DNA of 64,000 nt from contig CM052816.1 of the NCBI GenBank assembly GCA_028534125.1, positions 70,434,001 through 70,498,000 on the forward strand, given 5' to 3'. Made by a program: the position numbers and the translations under genes. Source of the DNA: Lama glama. Lineage: Eukaryota. This document shows, piece by piece, positions 38,801-49,699 of the stretch; positions within the stretch are counted from its first letter, which is position 1, and every line of letters begins with the position of its first letter. The notes under the pieces were generated by a model. It was not told the DNA's origin, did not search any database, and was given only the letters and a program-made list of their open reading frames with translations.

Positions 38801-41800
38801 CAGAATACAACTTGTCAGACTGTATGTGGTGGCCAGGCCAGCTATGTGCCAGACTCAGTTCTAGGCACTGGGAATACATTGGTGAATAAGTCAGCCAAAA
38901 TTTTATGGCCTCATCGAGGTTCCATTCTAGTGGGAAAAGACAGACAATACATTTAATAAGTAGGTAAAACATATGGTGATGGCAAGCAGTGCTTTGTGGG
39001 AAAATGAGCAGGACAGAGTTAGGAGTATGGGATGCAGGGTGTTGTAATATTTATCAGGATGACTAGGAGGCTTCAATGAGAAGGTGATGTTTAAGTAAAG
39101 GCTTGAAGGAAGGAAAAAAGTAAACCCTAAGACTCTGGTGGATGACTAGTCCTGGCTGTGGGAACAGCAAGTGCACCTGTGGCTGCACCAGAATGCATGA
39201 GTGGGGACATGGTAGGAGATGAGGTCATACTGGTAATGGGCCCAGATCATGGAGAGACTTCTATGACACTGAAAGGACTGTGCTTTCCCCTTGAGTGAAA
39301 TGAGAGAGCTACTGGAGGGTTTTGAGCAGAGTAGTGATGTGATCTAAAATATTTTAGAAGGATTTTGAAGGCTTCTCTCTTGAGGATGATTGCACTGGGA
39401 TAAAGGTGAAGCACTTAGAAGGCACCTGCGATAATGCAGGTGAGAGGTGATGCCGGGCTCCTACGGTGCAGGCAGAAGGGAAGGAGGTGACGAGTGTCCT
39501 TATTTTAGATGTATTTTGAAGACATGGCCAGCACGATTCCTTGAGAGGTTAGTTTTTAAAGAAAAAAGATCAAGAATGTGTATGTATATGGGACATCGTG
39601 CTGTACACCAGAAACTGACACATTATAATTGACTGTATTTCAATAAAAAAAAAAAGTCAAGAATGACCCCCAAGATTTCTGGCTAGAACTGAAAGCAATC
39701 ATGTGGTCTTTGTCACATTAGGGGAATATAGTCAAGTAGAGCAGGATTTTGAGGGAAGGGAAGCTCAGGAGTTTAGGATGAGTTATTTGTCAGTCTGAGA
39801 TGTCCATCAGACATCCAAGGGGATATTTTGTTTGAGATCAGAAGTTTATTATATATAATACTCACATTAAGGTGAGAAATTTAAAAGCCTACAGTTTATA
39901 AATACTGTTCCCTATATGGTTTAGTTCCAGGCCATGTCAACACAAGGAGTCTGGTGAATTCTGTATGGCTCCCTGATTGCAACGTTAACAGGAGCTTCTG
40001 ATGGGAAAAATTCACCCATAAAGGCTTTGCATCTCTAGGAAGGTATAAGACAGGTAGGAGAGTTCATTTTTAGCCTGTGGTTGGGAAACGTTGCTATTAT
40101 AAATGGAATAAACTCCTTGGCGTATGTTGAAAGGCAATTTTAGTATCCCTGCTTCATTATGCTGCCTCAGACCACTTTGGCTGCCAGATCGCTTCCTCAA
40201 ACAGTGGGATGGTTGAACCCTCAAGATCTTTCATTCAGTTCCCTGATGCAGAGTCCACCAAGCTCATTACATGAAACATCTTAAGCCTATTGTTCTGTCT
40301 CATAAAATCCCTGGAAATTAGCTTTTGCACTAGAAGCAAACGAATCAATACAAACTGATTCTATTAGGTTGGCTCACCCAACATGTAGTTTTCCTGAAGT
40401 TAAATTCAAGAGCCAAAACATTCAATTTAAAGCCTTGTGATGATATAAATTCCACATTCTTATGCGCCAGCAAGGATGGAAGGAATGCTTTTAAGACCAC
40501 ACATTTTTATAAATCAAAGCCCATGAGACAGTACCTTTCAACTATGTGCTTTGACAGATGGTTAATAATGATTAAAAGTTGGAAAAGCAACAATATTTAT
40601 AAACTGCTTTGCAGTTTATAAGGCACATCTATGTGCATTATATTCTTTGATCCTTATAGATAGATACACGGTGAGGTCAAATGTTATAACTGTTCTTGTT
40701 TTCATATAAAGAAACTGAGTCTAAGTGTCTAGATGGCAACCACGCTTATACCTGCATCTATGTCCTTTCGTTCCAAATCTCCAATTCTCTCCACCATATG
40801 AAATTGAGTAAGAACTCCTCTAGAGGAGAGGGTACTCACTGTGGCCCCATCACACGGGCCCGGAGCAACTTAACAAATAGGCTCCACCCTTGCCACTTAG
40901 CATTCTCTGGACCTTCTTCAGATGGAGTTAGATGGATGGGAAAGTTTCAGGTAATCAACCACCAGGAAGGTGTATGTGGGTGTGTGTGAGTCCCATTCAC
41001 TATCATGAATGAACACATTCTAAAAACAGACATATAGGCATTAACACAGAGGAAAGCTTAAAATCAGGGGACTAGCTGGTGAAGCATGAGGACTTTCACA
41101 GACCACTGGAGGTCTCCAGATATTCTGCGGTGGCAGATCTATCCCACATGCAAGTCACAGAAGATGGTATGTGTGTGTGTGTCCCTGTGTGTGTGGGCAT
41201 ACACACAAATCTGTGACCAGAGCCAGGGAAGGGAGAAGTCAGTCAGAGTAAGGGATATTTAAAGTGACTTTTCTGCTATAGATTTTTATTTATGATAACA
41301 CAAACCATTAAAAAAAATTTTAGCCATAAAGATTATTTTAACTTAGTGGCAAAAAAATGAACTATGGTGAGATAAACATAGGTGAATCAACACTAGGGGG
41401 GGTCCATGGGGTTATCAAGTCGGTACTTGGTTCCCTATTTATCCCACCCCTACTGTTAGTCAAGGGAAAGGCATTGATAGGAAACCCGCCACTCTGCACA
41501 CCTATGTTGATAGTGTTGAGTAATGGTTTGAGTACATGACAAGAGCATAATAAATATTTATAAAAATAGTAACAATAAGTTTTTCAAACTTAGAAGTGCA
41601 AGAATATATTACAGTCAGACTTCTAATGCCTTCGCAGAATCAAAAATACAACTAAGTTATAAGTTGGTGAAAACAACTAAAATGTAATGGAAAAACAAAA
41701 AGGAATATATATGTTATGGATTTACAATAAAAGCAAACCTTGTGAATAAACAAAGCATGCTAAATGACACTGCCAGGAAAACCTAATGGCAAGAGATTTT

Positions 41801-44800
41801 ATCTGGGGAAAGAGACATAATATTCAAAGGCCATATAATGAAAGACAAAGATTATTTTTGTAAAGGGATCAGAATAGCATTCCTGACCAAGAAGAAGAAA
41901 TGGAATAAAGCTAATCCAATATGCATGGAAGCTAATCCCTAGCAGATGAGAAACGGCTGAGGAGGCTGCGGTGGAGAGAGGTGGGGAGGAAAGAATTATT
42001 AAAAATCCAGGTTTTCTTCCTGTATATTTTTACACAGCGCTAATAACAGCACCTCATATATGCATAGTAGTTTAGTCTTTGAAGTGCTTGACTTTTATTC
42101 TCTCACAAGGTGCCCAGAACTTCTGCCCTGGTGGGGATGGCATTGTCTTTGTGCTCCAGAGAGGTTTTGTGATTTTTCCACAAGTCACCCAGCTAAGTGG
42201 TGGGGAAGCTGAGGGCAAAACTCTTGTGCTCTGGCTCTTGACTTATATGACAAATCCCTGATTATGAGAGAATAAAAAGACAGATGGAACCATCATCCCT
42301 GCCCAGGCAACACTTTTAACAAACGTTTTGATTCAAATGCTGAATGAAGTTTATCTTACTTTATAAAGTTTATATGAAAATGTTATTTACATTATTATTC
42401 ATAAATGCCCATTACATTCTGCTACTTTCCTCCTTTGATACTTATAAAAATTCATCCATAGGGTACACTTTATCTCCATTTTGCATTAAGCTACCCTATG
42501 CATATTACTTCTTAGCTCTGTAAAGTTAGGCAAACTAATTAAACTTTTTAAGTCTTACTCTTCTCTTCTCATTTGTAAAATTGGTAATAATTTCACAAAG
42601 CTTTAAGAATTATCCTGAGTATTATGTGTTTGGCAAAGAATGAGTATTCAGCAAATACCGGTGTTGATGTTGCCAGTGTACTGTATGACATCATCTCTGA
42701 TGTCTGCTGTACAGTTGAATGTTTCTTCATTATTTACCTAAAATTTTCTTACAGAGCTATTTCTTACAATCTGTCATATTTATAACACACAAAAGCTTTC
42801 CTAAATGTTTCTTAATTAAAAAGTAAAAACTATAATATAAGCTTATATATAGATGGAAGTTTTTGGGGGGCCATGACACACGTTCATTTTATTTCTCCTG
42901 TTAAGGAACAAGCATGCAGCGGCCCTCACCAGAACAAGAAAATACATTACTGGAAATACCCCCAATTCCCAGACAGTCCTCGTCACACAAGTGACTGCAG
43001 TGTTCTAAGGTTTTTGAGTCATATAATGAGCTCAGATCATTCTTCAGACAGGCCGTCAGATTAGACAAACAGAAACAGTGTGTACCACTGCAAGCTTTCA
43101 GGAAATGACTTTAAACATATCACAATCCTTTGTGTAACTGTTTGTGATAAGGATTGCATCACCTACATTTGAACATCCTGTGTATAAAATGAAGACTCCA
43201 AAGTGGGATGACCTTTTGCCCACACTGAAGGGGGAAGAGACCACAATCTTACTTACAGACAGAGGGGAGCTCCAGGGCTCTACTTGGAAGGTAATTGCTT
43301 TTAAAATTACCCAGCTCATTTGAGACTGTTAAAAAGGTTCATGAATTCTCAAAGCCATATCACCACTGTTTCTAGAGTGAAAGTCTACAGAGTAATAAAA
43401 GTGTAATAAATGAAACTAGCAAAGGAGTTGAGATTATTTTGTTAAAATCTTGTAGATCCCAATGCAAAATATCCCCCTGCAAATGCTTAGCAACATGGGA
43501 CATATGGAACAGCTAAAGTTGACTTTAAAAATAGCAGAGTGTGATTTAAGAAAACTTAGACTAGCGAGTTGTCAGAAGGAAAGAAAGGGCTGAGAGATGG
43601 AGTCGGGGCTCAACAAGACAGACTGTAAAGAAAATCAACGTATGCAGAGGAAAACCCCACCAAAACAGCAGCCTCAGCACAAGCTTTAAGGGAGTGAAAA
43701 AATAAGGGTGTGCGCACGGGTGTTGTGTGTTACGTATGTAAGGTCTGAGGGGAAAAGAGTCACAGTTTATTAAAGGAATTCATAGTAATACCACTTTCTG
43801 TGGCCAAAGATAACTTGATTATTATCAGAAGGAGAGGTAATGTTTAAACAGTCCTTCCACATCTGCTACTTCCATAATGTCTGTGCGACTGTCATAAATT
43901 AGGAGTGGGGGAGGGCACGGTGCCAATTGTCAAAACAAATAGGCCATTCTGGACGCCAAGTTTCGTATTATTTTCCTTGCGCCTGAGAGCTGGGAAGGCT
44001 GCCGGTCCTCACTGTGGCCCACCCCAGCACGGGGATCCCGCCCCAGCCCTGCCCTCCGAGCAGGGCTCCGCCGAGGGCCCGGCCAGCGGGAGCGTCCCAG
44101 GCCCTGGGAAGAGAAAACGAGCTCTCAGCAGTAAATGAACGCAGCAAGTGACACTAAAGGGACCCAGTCCCCGCTCACTGCGCGGCTGGCACTTCCGTCT
44201 CTGGCGTTCCTCCCGGCTGCCTGCTCTGCACATCCGTCTTCCTCACTGACTCTACTCCACGCGCCTTCAAGTCAAGGGCTGTGTTTTGTGCATCCTGCAC
44301 TTCACGTAGCGTCCAGCCTGTGGTGGACTAGAAGGCCACGTCCGTGACTTGGACGTTCCAAGGCCAGGGCGGTGAAGGACCCGGGCTGGCACACCGCACC
44401 CGCTTCTGGTCTCTCTCCCTCCTGTTCCACTCCACAGGGTGGGGCCCTCAGGTACGATGGCGCCCTCCCCTTCTTTCCGTGTGGTGGCTCTGCCCACACC
44501 AGCTGGTGGTTACATCCAGGCTTGAGGGAAGGAAGGCCTTGATAAGCCTCACACTACACCTTACCAGAAAGCTCTACACTGGAGCTAAAAGCACCAGCCC
44601 AGCCAACAGCAGCCTGTGCCTTGTTCACCAGCAGCCAGTGTCCTTGTTTGTGTGTCTTTCAGGAATGTCAAGAGAAGGCCAAGGCAGAATTTAGGAATGT
44701 CTGGTGTCCCCCGTCTTGACATAACCCTGTCAGTACCAGAGTCTCACCATCAAGTGCTAACCCACTTGTCTGTTAGGCATGCTTTGTATGCTTAGAGGGA

Positions 44801-47283
44801 ATCCTGGGGAGGGGCAGAAGAATGGCTGTCTGCCAGGTTGCCAGCTTTTTGTCCCTTTTGGTCTTAACTTCCTACCTGCAATGTGGCCAGTGGTTGAGTT
44901 GCCTACAATCCTTGATAGGCTTATCCTATCTACCAGCATCTATTACTCATGGTGGCTCTTTCCTTGTCCCAGAAAAACTGTTACTTCGAAAGAATAACCT
45001 CAAGCTTAACGCCAGGTTGTCCTCAGCAAGGCCACGCTTGTGAAGGTCTTTCTCAGCTCCTACTGAAGTCCGTCTACTAGAATTCAGTTGGTAAACTGCC
45101 TTGGGTCAGTCAGTTGGAATCAGGACTTTCATTCGGTTCTTCAAGAAATAATTATTGACACCCCCACCCTACTCGATGCTTTGTTCACTGGTGTGTGCTC
45201 AGAACAGTCTGGGTACTGAGCACACACCAGGGAACAAAGCAGTGCCCCTACACTCAGAGACAGGGCAGAAAACAAGACAGCAAGCACATAAACAAAACTG
45301 GATAATTTCAGATGGTAATAACCGCTGTATGGAAAATAAATCAGCACAAAAGGCTAGGGAGTGAGTAAGAGGTGTGGTCAAGTGCTCATTCAGATAGGCT
45401 GGCTCTGACAGGGCTCTTGGAGGAGGCGGCATCTGTGCTGAGACTGAGAGATAAGAGCCAACCAGCTGAGTCAAGATCTGGGAAGACCGCTCCTTCCAGG
45501 AGAACAGCACGTGCAGATGCTTTGAAGAGGCTGGTGCGTTCGAGGGGCAGACAAAAGACGGAAGTAACGGGCACAGAGAACCAGGGTGAGGGGTGAAACC
45601 TGAGATAGGAGAGGCAGACGAGACCAGATCATGAAGCACCCTTTAAGAAATTTTAATGTATTCTAATTACAGTGGAAAGCCACAGAGGGTTTTCCTCTAA
45701 GGGGTGACATTACTTGGACTGTGTTTTACAAAGTCCACACTGGCTGCAGTGGGAAGAGTGGAGGCTGTAGAAGGGAAGCCGGAGAGGGGCTGAGAAGCTG
45801 TGGCTGCTGTCCCTGCAGGGGCTTGTGTGGCCTCGGATCAGGGGCACAGGAAAGATGGTGAGAAATGGTCTGTTGTCTTAGGTGTTTTGGTGGTGGGGAC
45901 AGCAGGACTGGGTAACGGAGGAGATACAGAGGAGGGGAGAGAAGGGGAGAGGTCAAGGATATTGCCGTCACCTGCTGATGGAGAAAATCAGATATTTGTT
46001 TTCTATCAGTTCAGTCTATGTCTATTAGGCATGAAAGTGGAGATGTCCGATATGGCTGTGTGCAGTTCAGGAAAGAGTCAGGGCTGGACAGGTAACATGG
46101 GAGGGCATTACAACTTCACCTACTAAATTCCAAGGTCAGACTATTCCGACCAGAACATTTTTCAGGTTTATGGCTATCAAAGCATAATTAGCTAACTGTT
46201 AGAGATGCTCTCTCTCTCTCTCGTACCCTAAATGATGACAGTAAGTGCTGCTCTTTGGGTTTCCAACCATAGTGTTTTTCTCCTTCCAGATGACGGACAA
46301 ACTGTCTGCAACATGTATCGCTTCCCACGTCTCCTCACGGTAGTTAATGCTCTTCTCCCACCTGTTCATCTCCACTCCTTAAGACCCAGCTCATGATTCG
46401 CATCCTCCAAGATGCCTTCTAAGATACACTATCCTCCTGACTGATAATTTCATTTTGTTTCCCCATCACATAGACAGGCATGCTCTAAAATATGATAAAG
46501 ATTCCAAATGTTTCTTCTAATTCAATTTTTTTTAGAGTATCAGACAAGTTCATACAGAAAAAAAGGGTATAAATTATAGCTCTTATTTGATAAGCCAACA
46601 ATAGCCCATGTAAATCGTTGGAAAGAGCTCTAGATGATCCAGACCCAGGGTGAGTCTGGGGCCTTCTGCTGCAACACGGAGCATGAGACCCTACGTCACA
46701 TGAGGTAAGGTCCACAGACTTAGAATGAAGCCAGTAGATAAAGCTTTGCTGAAGGGGAAAATTTAGGGGACAATTCTACCATCTAGAAATGGCCCAGAGG
46801 CAGCATTAGTTAGCTGAATATCTACAAAGCCTAATCGGTACCGATTTACAGAGTAAGAAAGGAAGACAAGTCTGTCTGTCTATCATCTATTATCTATATA
46901 TTTAAAGTCACATCTGGTAATATGAATTCACTCTGGAATATTTAGACAATATTTTTTTACCTAGGTTTTAAAAAGTACTTCTATGCCATCCCATTAATTA
47001 TCAATCTGCGAGTTATCAACTTTCAAAGAAAAATCCTTCATTTAAGAATATTTGAGGGCTATTAATCATATATTCATGTACCAATTTGAACAAGCAATTA
47101 TAGTCAAATATTAAATCTATTTAGTGTTTTTACTGAAATCAGAAAGAAAAGAACATTCTTACCAGTTGCCTTTTGGATTTATAAACTGCTGTACCGCATA
47201 GCCAAACTGTTCACTTGAAGGACCAGAGAAGATCTTTGCTTCTGGGAGACCCACATTGTATGCCACACAACAGTTTAAAATGC
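604..47283 (-). CDS. ITGA2: Integrin alpha-2 (CD49b, VLA-2 alpha), multi-exon CDS, partial: exons 2-19; 5' and 3' ends outside window
   Basis: 18 GT-AG exons splice into one 2365-nt open frame matching recalled ITGA2 protein ([11 protein letters not shown]...DESNSIYPW...[13 protein letters not shown]). Exon lengths match the recalled human exon structure. Confidence 0.98.
1267..1377 (-). CDS. ITGA2: ITGA2 exon 18 (111 bp): [37 protein letters not shown]
   Basis: ORF 1114..1353; atttag| acceptor, |gtaagt donor. Confidence 0.97.
2424..2455. repeat. (GGAC/GGAT)n tetranucleotide repeat
   Basis: ggacggacaaacggatggacggatggacggac. Confidence 0.8.
2705..2878. mobile_element. MER5-like hAT remnant
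   Basis: ggggacttagaatatctattttataaaagtttccttggcaattcctatgca...tgagaaccac; diverged. Confidence 0.5.
3533..3684 (-). CDS. ITGA2: ITGA2 exon 17 (152 bp): [50 protein letters not shown]
   Basis: ORF 3476..3709; ttatag| acceptor, |gtaggc donor. Confidence 0.97.
4360..4510 (+). mobile_element. MIR SINE remnant (similar remnants near 27430, 36920, 47430, 50470 and 58140)
   Basis: gaatcagacagacttggtttgaatcc...ggcaatttgcttaac...cctctatttcccc...tataaaacagagataat core. Confidence 0.65.
5345..5580 (-). mobile_element. L1 3' UTR fragment (older L1MA/MB-type)
   Basis: Resembles reverse complement of L1 3' end (tttattgagata...gtacacaaca...aatacagtattgttact); boundaries approximate. Confidence 0.65.
6248..6320 (+). 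mobile_element. Short L1 3'-terminal fragment
   Basis: tatgctgtacaccagaaattgacacaacattgtaaactgactata...aataaa; the same tail recurs at about 13720, 30285 and 39600. Confidence 0.75.
6800..6939 (-). CDS. ITGA2: ITGA2 exon 16 (140 bp): [46 protein letters not shown]
   Basis: ORF 6792..7028; tttcag| acceptor, |gtgagt donor; start of thigh domain. Confidence 0.97.
8168..8304 (-). CDS. ITGA2: ITGA2 exon 15 (137 bp): [45 protein letters not shown](W)
   Basis: ttttag| acceptor, |gtgagt donor; DLNGDSITD Ca2+ loop. Confidence 0.97.
9010..9213 (-). CDS. ITGA2: ITGA2 exon 14 (204 bp): [68 protein letters not shown]
   Basis: ORF 8908..9291; ttgcaag| acceptor, |gtaatc donor; DINMDGFND Ca2+ loop. Confidence 0.97.
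9245..9377 (+). mobile_element. Vic-1-like camelid tRNA-derived SINE with 14-bp TSD
   Basis: A box (tagctcaagtgg), B box (ggttcaattcc), tail aaataaataa...acctaattacctcccc; TSD aagggacggttaaa at 9230-9243 and 9378-9391. Confidence 0.9.
11025..11168 (-). CDS. ITGA2: ITGA2 exon 13 (144 bp): [48 protein letters not shown]
   Basis: ctccag| acceptor, |gtaaaa donor; DxDxD Ca2+-binding loop and GAP motif. Confidence 0.97.
12729..12874 (-). CDS. ITGA2: ITGA2 exon 12 (146 bp): [48 protein letters not shown]
   Basis: ORF 12633..12866; tcctag| acceptor, |gtaaat donor; FG-GAP repeat. Confidence 0.97.
13377..13778 (+). mobile_element. L1 3' end (end of ORF2 plus 3' UTR) inserted into a MIR
   Basis: atactaagtgaagtaagccag...ctgtatagcacagggaact...gctgtacacc...poly-A; MIR-like sequence on both sides (about 13200-13375 and 13780-13845). 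Confidence 0.85.
14187..14325 (-). CDS. ITGA2: ITGA2 exon 11 (139 bp): [46 protein letters not shown]
   Basis: ttttag| acceptor, |gtaagg donor. Confidence 0.97.
14466..14817 (+). mobile_element. Solo LTR (ERV-like), intron 10
   Basis: TGTTAAAA...TTTAAACA inverted termini, TATAAAA at 14711-14717, degenerate polyA signal aataga at 14764; TSD not clearly preserved. Confidence 0.7.
16363..16439 (-). CDS. ITGA2: ITGA2 exon 10 (77 bp): [25 protein letters not shown]
   Basis: ttccccag| acceptor, |gtgtgt donor. Confidence 0.96.
16484..17212 (-). mobile_element. Vic-1-like SINE split by an LTR insertion (head 17142-17212, tail 16484-16567)
   Basis: Reverse complement gives gggagagtatagcttagtggtag...ggttcaatccctagtacctc and aaacttaattacctctccccc; TSD ctgttattaattt at 16471-16483 and 17213-17225. 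Confidence 0.9.
16568..17141 (+). mobile_element. Solo LTR (class I ERV-like, 574 bp) nested in the SINE
   Basis: Ends aGTTA...TAACA (terminal T mutated), 4-bp TSD gagg (16564-16567, 17142-17145), TATA-like tataag near 16945, AATAAA at 17038-17043. Confidence 0.85.
18951..19116 (-). CDS. ITGA2: ITGA2 exon 9 (166 bp): [55 protein letters not shown](G)
   Basis: ORF 18808..19179; ttccaag| acceptor, |gtaaaa donor; C-helix and end of I-domain. Confidence 0.97.
19385..19535 (-). CDS. ITGA2: ITGA2 exon 8 (151 bp): [50 protein letters not shown]
   Basis: Manual translation; cacag| acceptor, |gtaagt donor; TDGESHD I-domain motif. Confidence 0.97.
20335..21060 (-). mobile_element. L1 3' end with embedded microsatellites; older L1 remnants continue to about 21780
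   Basis: ORFs 20697..20897 and 20833..21075 ([46 protein letters not shown]) match the L1 ORF2 C-terminus. Confidence 0.9.
20844..20899. repeat. (TG)n microsatellite with TATGTG interruptions
   Basis: Seen directly. Confidence 0.95.
24219..24367 (-). CDS. ITGA2: ITGA2 exon 7 (149 bp): [49 protein letters not shown](R)
   Basis: Manual translation; ttgaag| acceptor, |gtaagt donor. Confidence 0.97.
26671..26798 (-). CDS. ITGA2: ITGA2 exon 6 (128 bp): [42 protein letters not shown] (I-domain start, MIDAS DxSxS)
   Basis: Manual translation; ctctgtag| acceptor, |gtatgg donor. Confidence 0.97.
26960..27074 (-). CDS. ITGA2: ITGA2 exon 5 (115 bp): [38 protein letters not shown]
   Basis: Manual translation; tttaag| acceptor, |gtaagt donor. 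Confidence 0.97.
30098..30350 (+). mobile_element. L1 3' UTR fragment
   Basis: gggtgggaagggataaatcgggagtttgag...ctgtacagcacagggaact...gctgtacaccagaaactgacacaac, poly-A. Confidence 0.85.
30529..30620 (-). CDS. ITGA2: ITGA2 exon 4 (92 bp): [30 protein letters not shown]
   Basis: tttgaaag| acceptor, |gtgagt donor; ORF 30427..30627. Confidence 0.97.
33133..33242 (-). CDS. ITGA2: ITGA2 exon 3 (110 bp): [36 protein letters not shown]
   Basis: tttctag| acceptor, |gtaagt donor; peptide visible in ORF 33122..33340. Confidence 0.97.
33481..33799. mobile_element. hAT-Charlie non-autonomous DNA transposon (MER33-like) with perfect 8-bp TSD
   Basis: cagcgctgtccaa...gtggctagtggctgccatattggtcagcatag; TSD ctctaaag at 33473-33480 and 33800-33807. 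Confidence 0.85.
34802..35815 (+). mobile_element. L1 fragment of about 1 kb (ORF2 C-terminus plus 3' UTR)
   Basis: gacatttttccaaagaagacatacagatggccaacaggcacatgaaaagatgctcaacat is canonical L1 ORF2; imperfect TSD tgcctgtag / tgcctatag. Confidence 0.92.
38820..39830 (+). mobile_element. L2-like LINE remnant containing a short L1 tail insertion (39579-39656)
   Basis: tgtgccagactcagttctaggcactggg...gagggttttgagcagag...tgagatgtccatcagacatccaa; the L1 tail is flanked by tcaagaatg at 39570-39578 and 39657-39665. Confidence 0.7.
43995..44480. promoter_or_regulatory. CpG island-like GC-rich patch in intron 2 (function unknown)
   Basis: About 32 CpG (hand count) in about 480 bp, against a CpG-poor AT-rich background. 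Confidence 0.55.
45140..46090 (+). mobile_element. L2-like LINE remnant
   Basis: Purine-rich L2-type motifs (ggaagaccgctccttccaggagaacagcacgtgcagatg; ggaaagccacagagggtttt); boundaries approximate. Confidence 0.6.
47163..47283 (-). CDS. ITGA2: ITGA2 exon 2 (121 bp): (G)[39 protein letters not shown](W)
   Basis: ttaatag|GC acceptor, TG|gtaag donor; end of signal peptide and mature N-terminus YNV. Confidence 0.97.
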
Positions 47284-48960
47284 CTATTAAAGAAAAATGA
47301 AAACGTAGTGCATATTTACAATTTGTGAATATAAGTTTGTAATGTTCTCAAAGGCTCCTTGAAAACAAACAACTGGCTTGATATAGTAATCATTTTCTTT
47401 ATTACTGTTTACCAAGAAGTGATGGCTACTGCTGTTTAAGTACTAATTTGGGGCCCCGGCACCATGCTCAGAACTTTATATGCATGATTCATTATTTCTT
47501 CCATCCTCATAGCAACCCTAGGCTGCTAAATTTAAATTTGTTTTGCAGAAATTTAGGTTCGCGAAGGTAAGTGTGTCTCAAAGGAAGAACGTGGTAAGGG
47601 CAGGATTTGAACACAGGGCGGTCTAATCAAGAGCCTGAGCTCTTAAACCACACAGTTCCTCTAGCAATTCTTAAGTAACTTCATTTCTATTTGTCCTTCC
47701 TAACGCAGTAAGACTTTAAACCATCCAAGGGCAGAATAGGATAGAATCTCCTATATCTTCTGAACCTCTCTGAAGATCTTGAACTCTGTGTGAAATGTCT
47801 GTTGAAAAAGCATTGCTGACTACATCAAAGGAGGCAGAACAATCACAGTGCCTTGAAAACTGTATCATCTTCATTTCTGAGGATGAAAGTGTAGGGAAAG
47901 GTATCGTATCTTTTTTATTCCAACTGTCAAAAGTGGCTGTGCTTTTTGATGACTCTTTGTGAATACTCAAGAAATGATACTCACTTTCAAAATCAACAAA
48001 GGCCTTCACAGGATAGATAAAGCCTTGATAGACTTTTTTGAACAACTTTGTTTCCGATGGAGAGGGAAAGTAGGGAAAAAGTAAGGTTAATGAAGTCTCC
48101 CTCTGTGACACTGACAGCATTAATGCCAGCCATCCTTTGTTTGGGAGAAAGAAGGTTGTGTGGGCATTAACAGTCTCTATGGAGATGGCTTTAAAACTGA
48201 CATCAAAGTTCATTAATATGTGTTTTCACTTTCTGGGCAACATTGAAAATGTGCAGTATTTCATAAGTCTGTTGTTTCAGGCACAGAAAGGACAGAGGAA
48301 AAGGGCTGGCTCTTCCGTTGTGCCCACGTACTTCCGAGGGCAGATTCAGTAGCCTGCTCCAAAGGAATAGCCAGGTAAGTGATGGAGCTTTAGGGACTTA
48401 CATTAGTTTTGGGTTTTTGTTTTTTTTTTTTTGCTGTTGTTTTTGTTTTGTAATTGAGTGGTTTATTGGCATGAAAGTATCAACTTGTTTTTCCCATCAT
48501 ATATTTAACAGTAGTTTCAAATTTATACTCAGTGCTTTCCAAGACACTCAAATGTTTAACTAAAGCTGAAAAGGAGTCTTATAATTCTTGGAAGATATTT
48601 ATTAAATTCAACAACGTTAAAAGAGATTTTGATGGCATTGTTCACTATCAAGTTTAAAGAATGCTTAAACAAAGAAATAGAATGGTGTATAATTTTTTTC
48701 AAAGATCTTCTATTGCAGTGTTACTTTTTCTACATATATTTGCACCATTATTATATTTCTGGCTTCTCAAATTATTTTTGTCAAGTTCATTATTTGTAAG
48801 TATTTTATTAAAATTTAAAAATAATCTTTTTCCAGTGTGATAAAAATCTTGGGGACAACGTAGTTGATGTGCCTCTCTGCCAAAACCATTCTACTGCAGA
48901 TTTGTTCACTCAAAAGAGCTCAGCTCATTATTATTTCTTAGAAATAATGTGCTAGGTGTT

Positions 48961-49109
48961 GGAGGCAGGTTGGCTCAGTGGTAGAGTGCTGTGCTTTGCA
49001 TGCACAGGGTCCTGGGTTCAATCCCCAGCACCATCATTAAAACAATAAATAAACCTAATTATGCCCCCTCCCCAAAATAATGGTTGAAATGGTAAGTTAA
49101 AAAAAAAAA
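48961..49109 (+). mobile_element. Diverged Vic-1-like SINE, intron 1
   Basis: tggctcagtggtagag A box, ggttcaatcccc B box, aataaataaacctaatta tail, terminal poly-A. Confidence 0.85.
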
Positions 49110-49580
49110 TATGCCAGGAAGAGAAGGACCAACAATAATTTTCAAATACTCAGTAGCAAAATCTGTACAACTTTACATTTGAAAAAGTTCTCCTTAATAC
49201 CTGTTTTTTCATGTGGACCACTGCTTCTTTATAGTTTTGAGGAAATAAAATGCAAAAGAAAATAACTTAGCAAAATAAGCAGAGAACCAGAACTGACATT
49301 CAAAATACTGCTCTTTCCAATCAACAGTTTAACTTCGCCCCATAGCAGAGAATTCAGTAAATCCTATTTAAATATGTTAACAATTATCTGACATACTAGT
49401 AAAGCTCTGGGAGGTGATGTCAAAGTGTCCCCTCTTTTAAAATAGTTAATACTGAAAAGACCACATATGGCTGTATATATAACGACCTCATTTTTTTCCC
49501 TATTAATTAGACCTTGGCAGATCATGAATGACATGACATCAAGATGGAGTCCATTTTATCAACTAGCAGTCATATTTTAC

Positions 49581-49682
49581 TATATATATATATATATACA
49601 TATATATATACACATATGTATATACTTACATGTATTTACTATATGTGTGTACATATATATGCACATATATATCCATATATAT
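49581..49682. repeat. Imperfect (TA)n/(CATA)n simple repeat
   Basis: Seen directly. Confidence 0.9.
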
Positions 49683-49699
49683 AAAATATTAGTTAAAAA

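Noticed and set aside
43905..46126. Dense cluster of overlapping ORFs on both strands
   Set aside because: Explained by high GC (few stop codons) and an L2 remnant; no homology or splice structure recognised
47716..48213. 165-aa minus-strand ORF in intron 1
   Set aside because: No recognisable domain or coding-like composition and an alternative start codon; compatible with a chance ORF. A BLASTP or PhyloCSF check was not possible.
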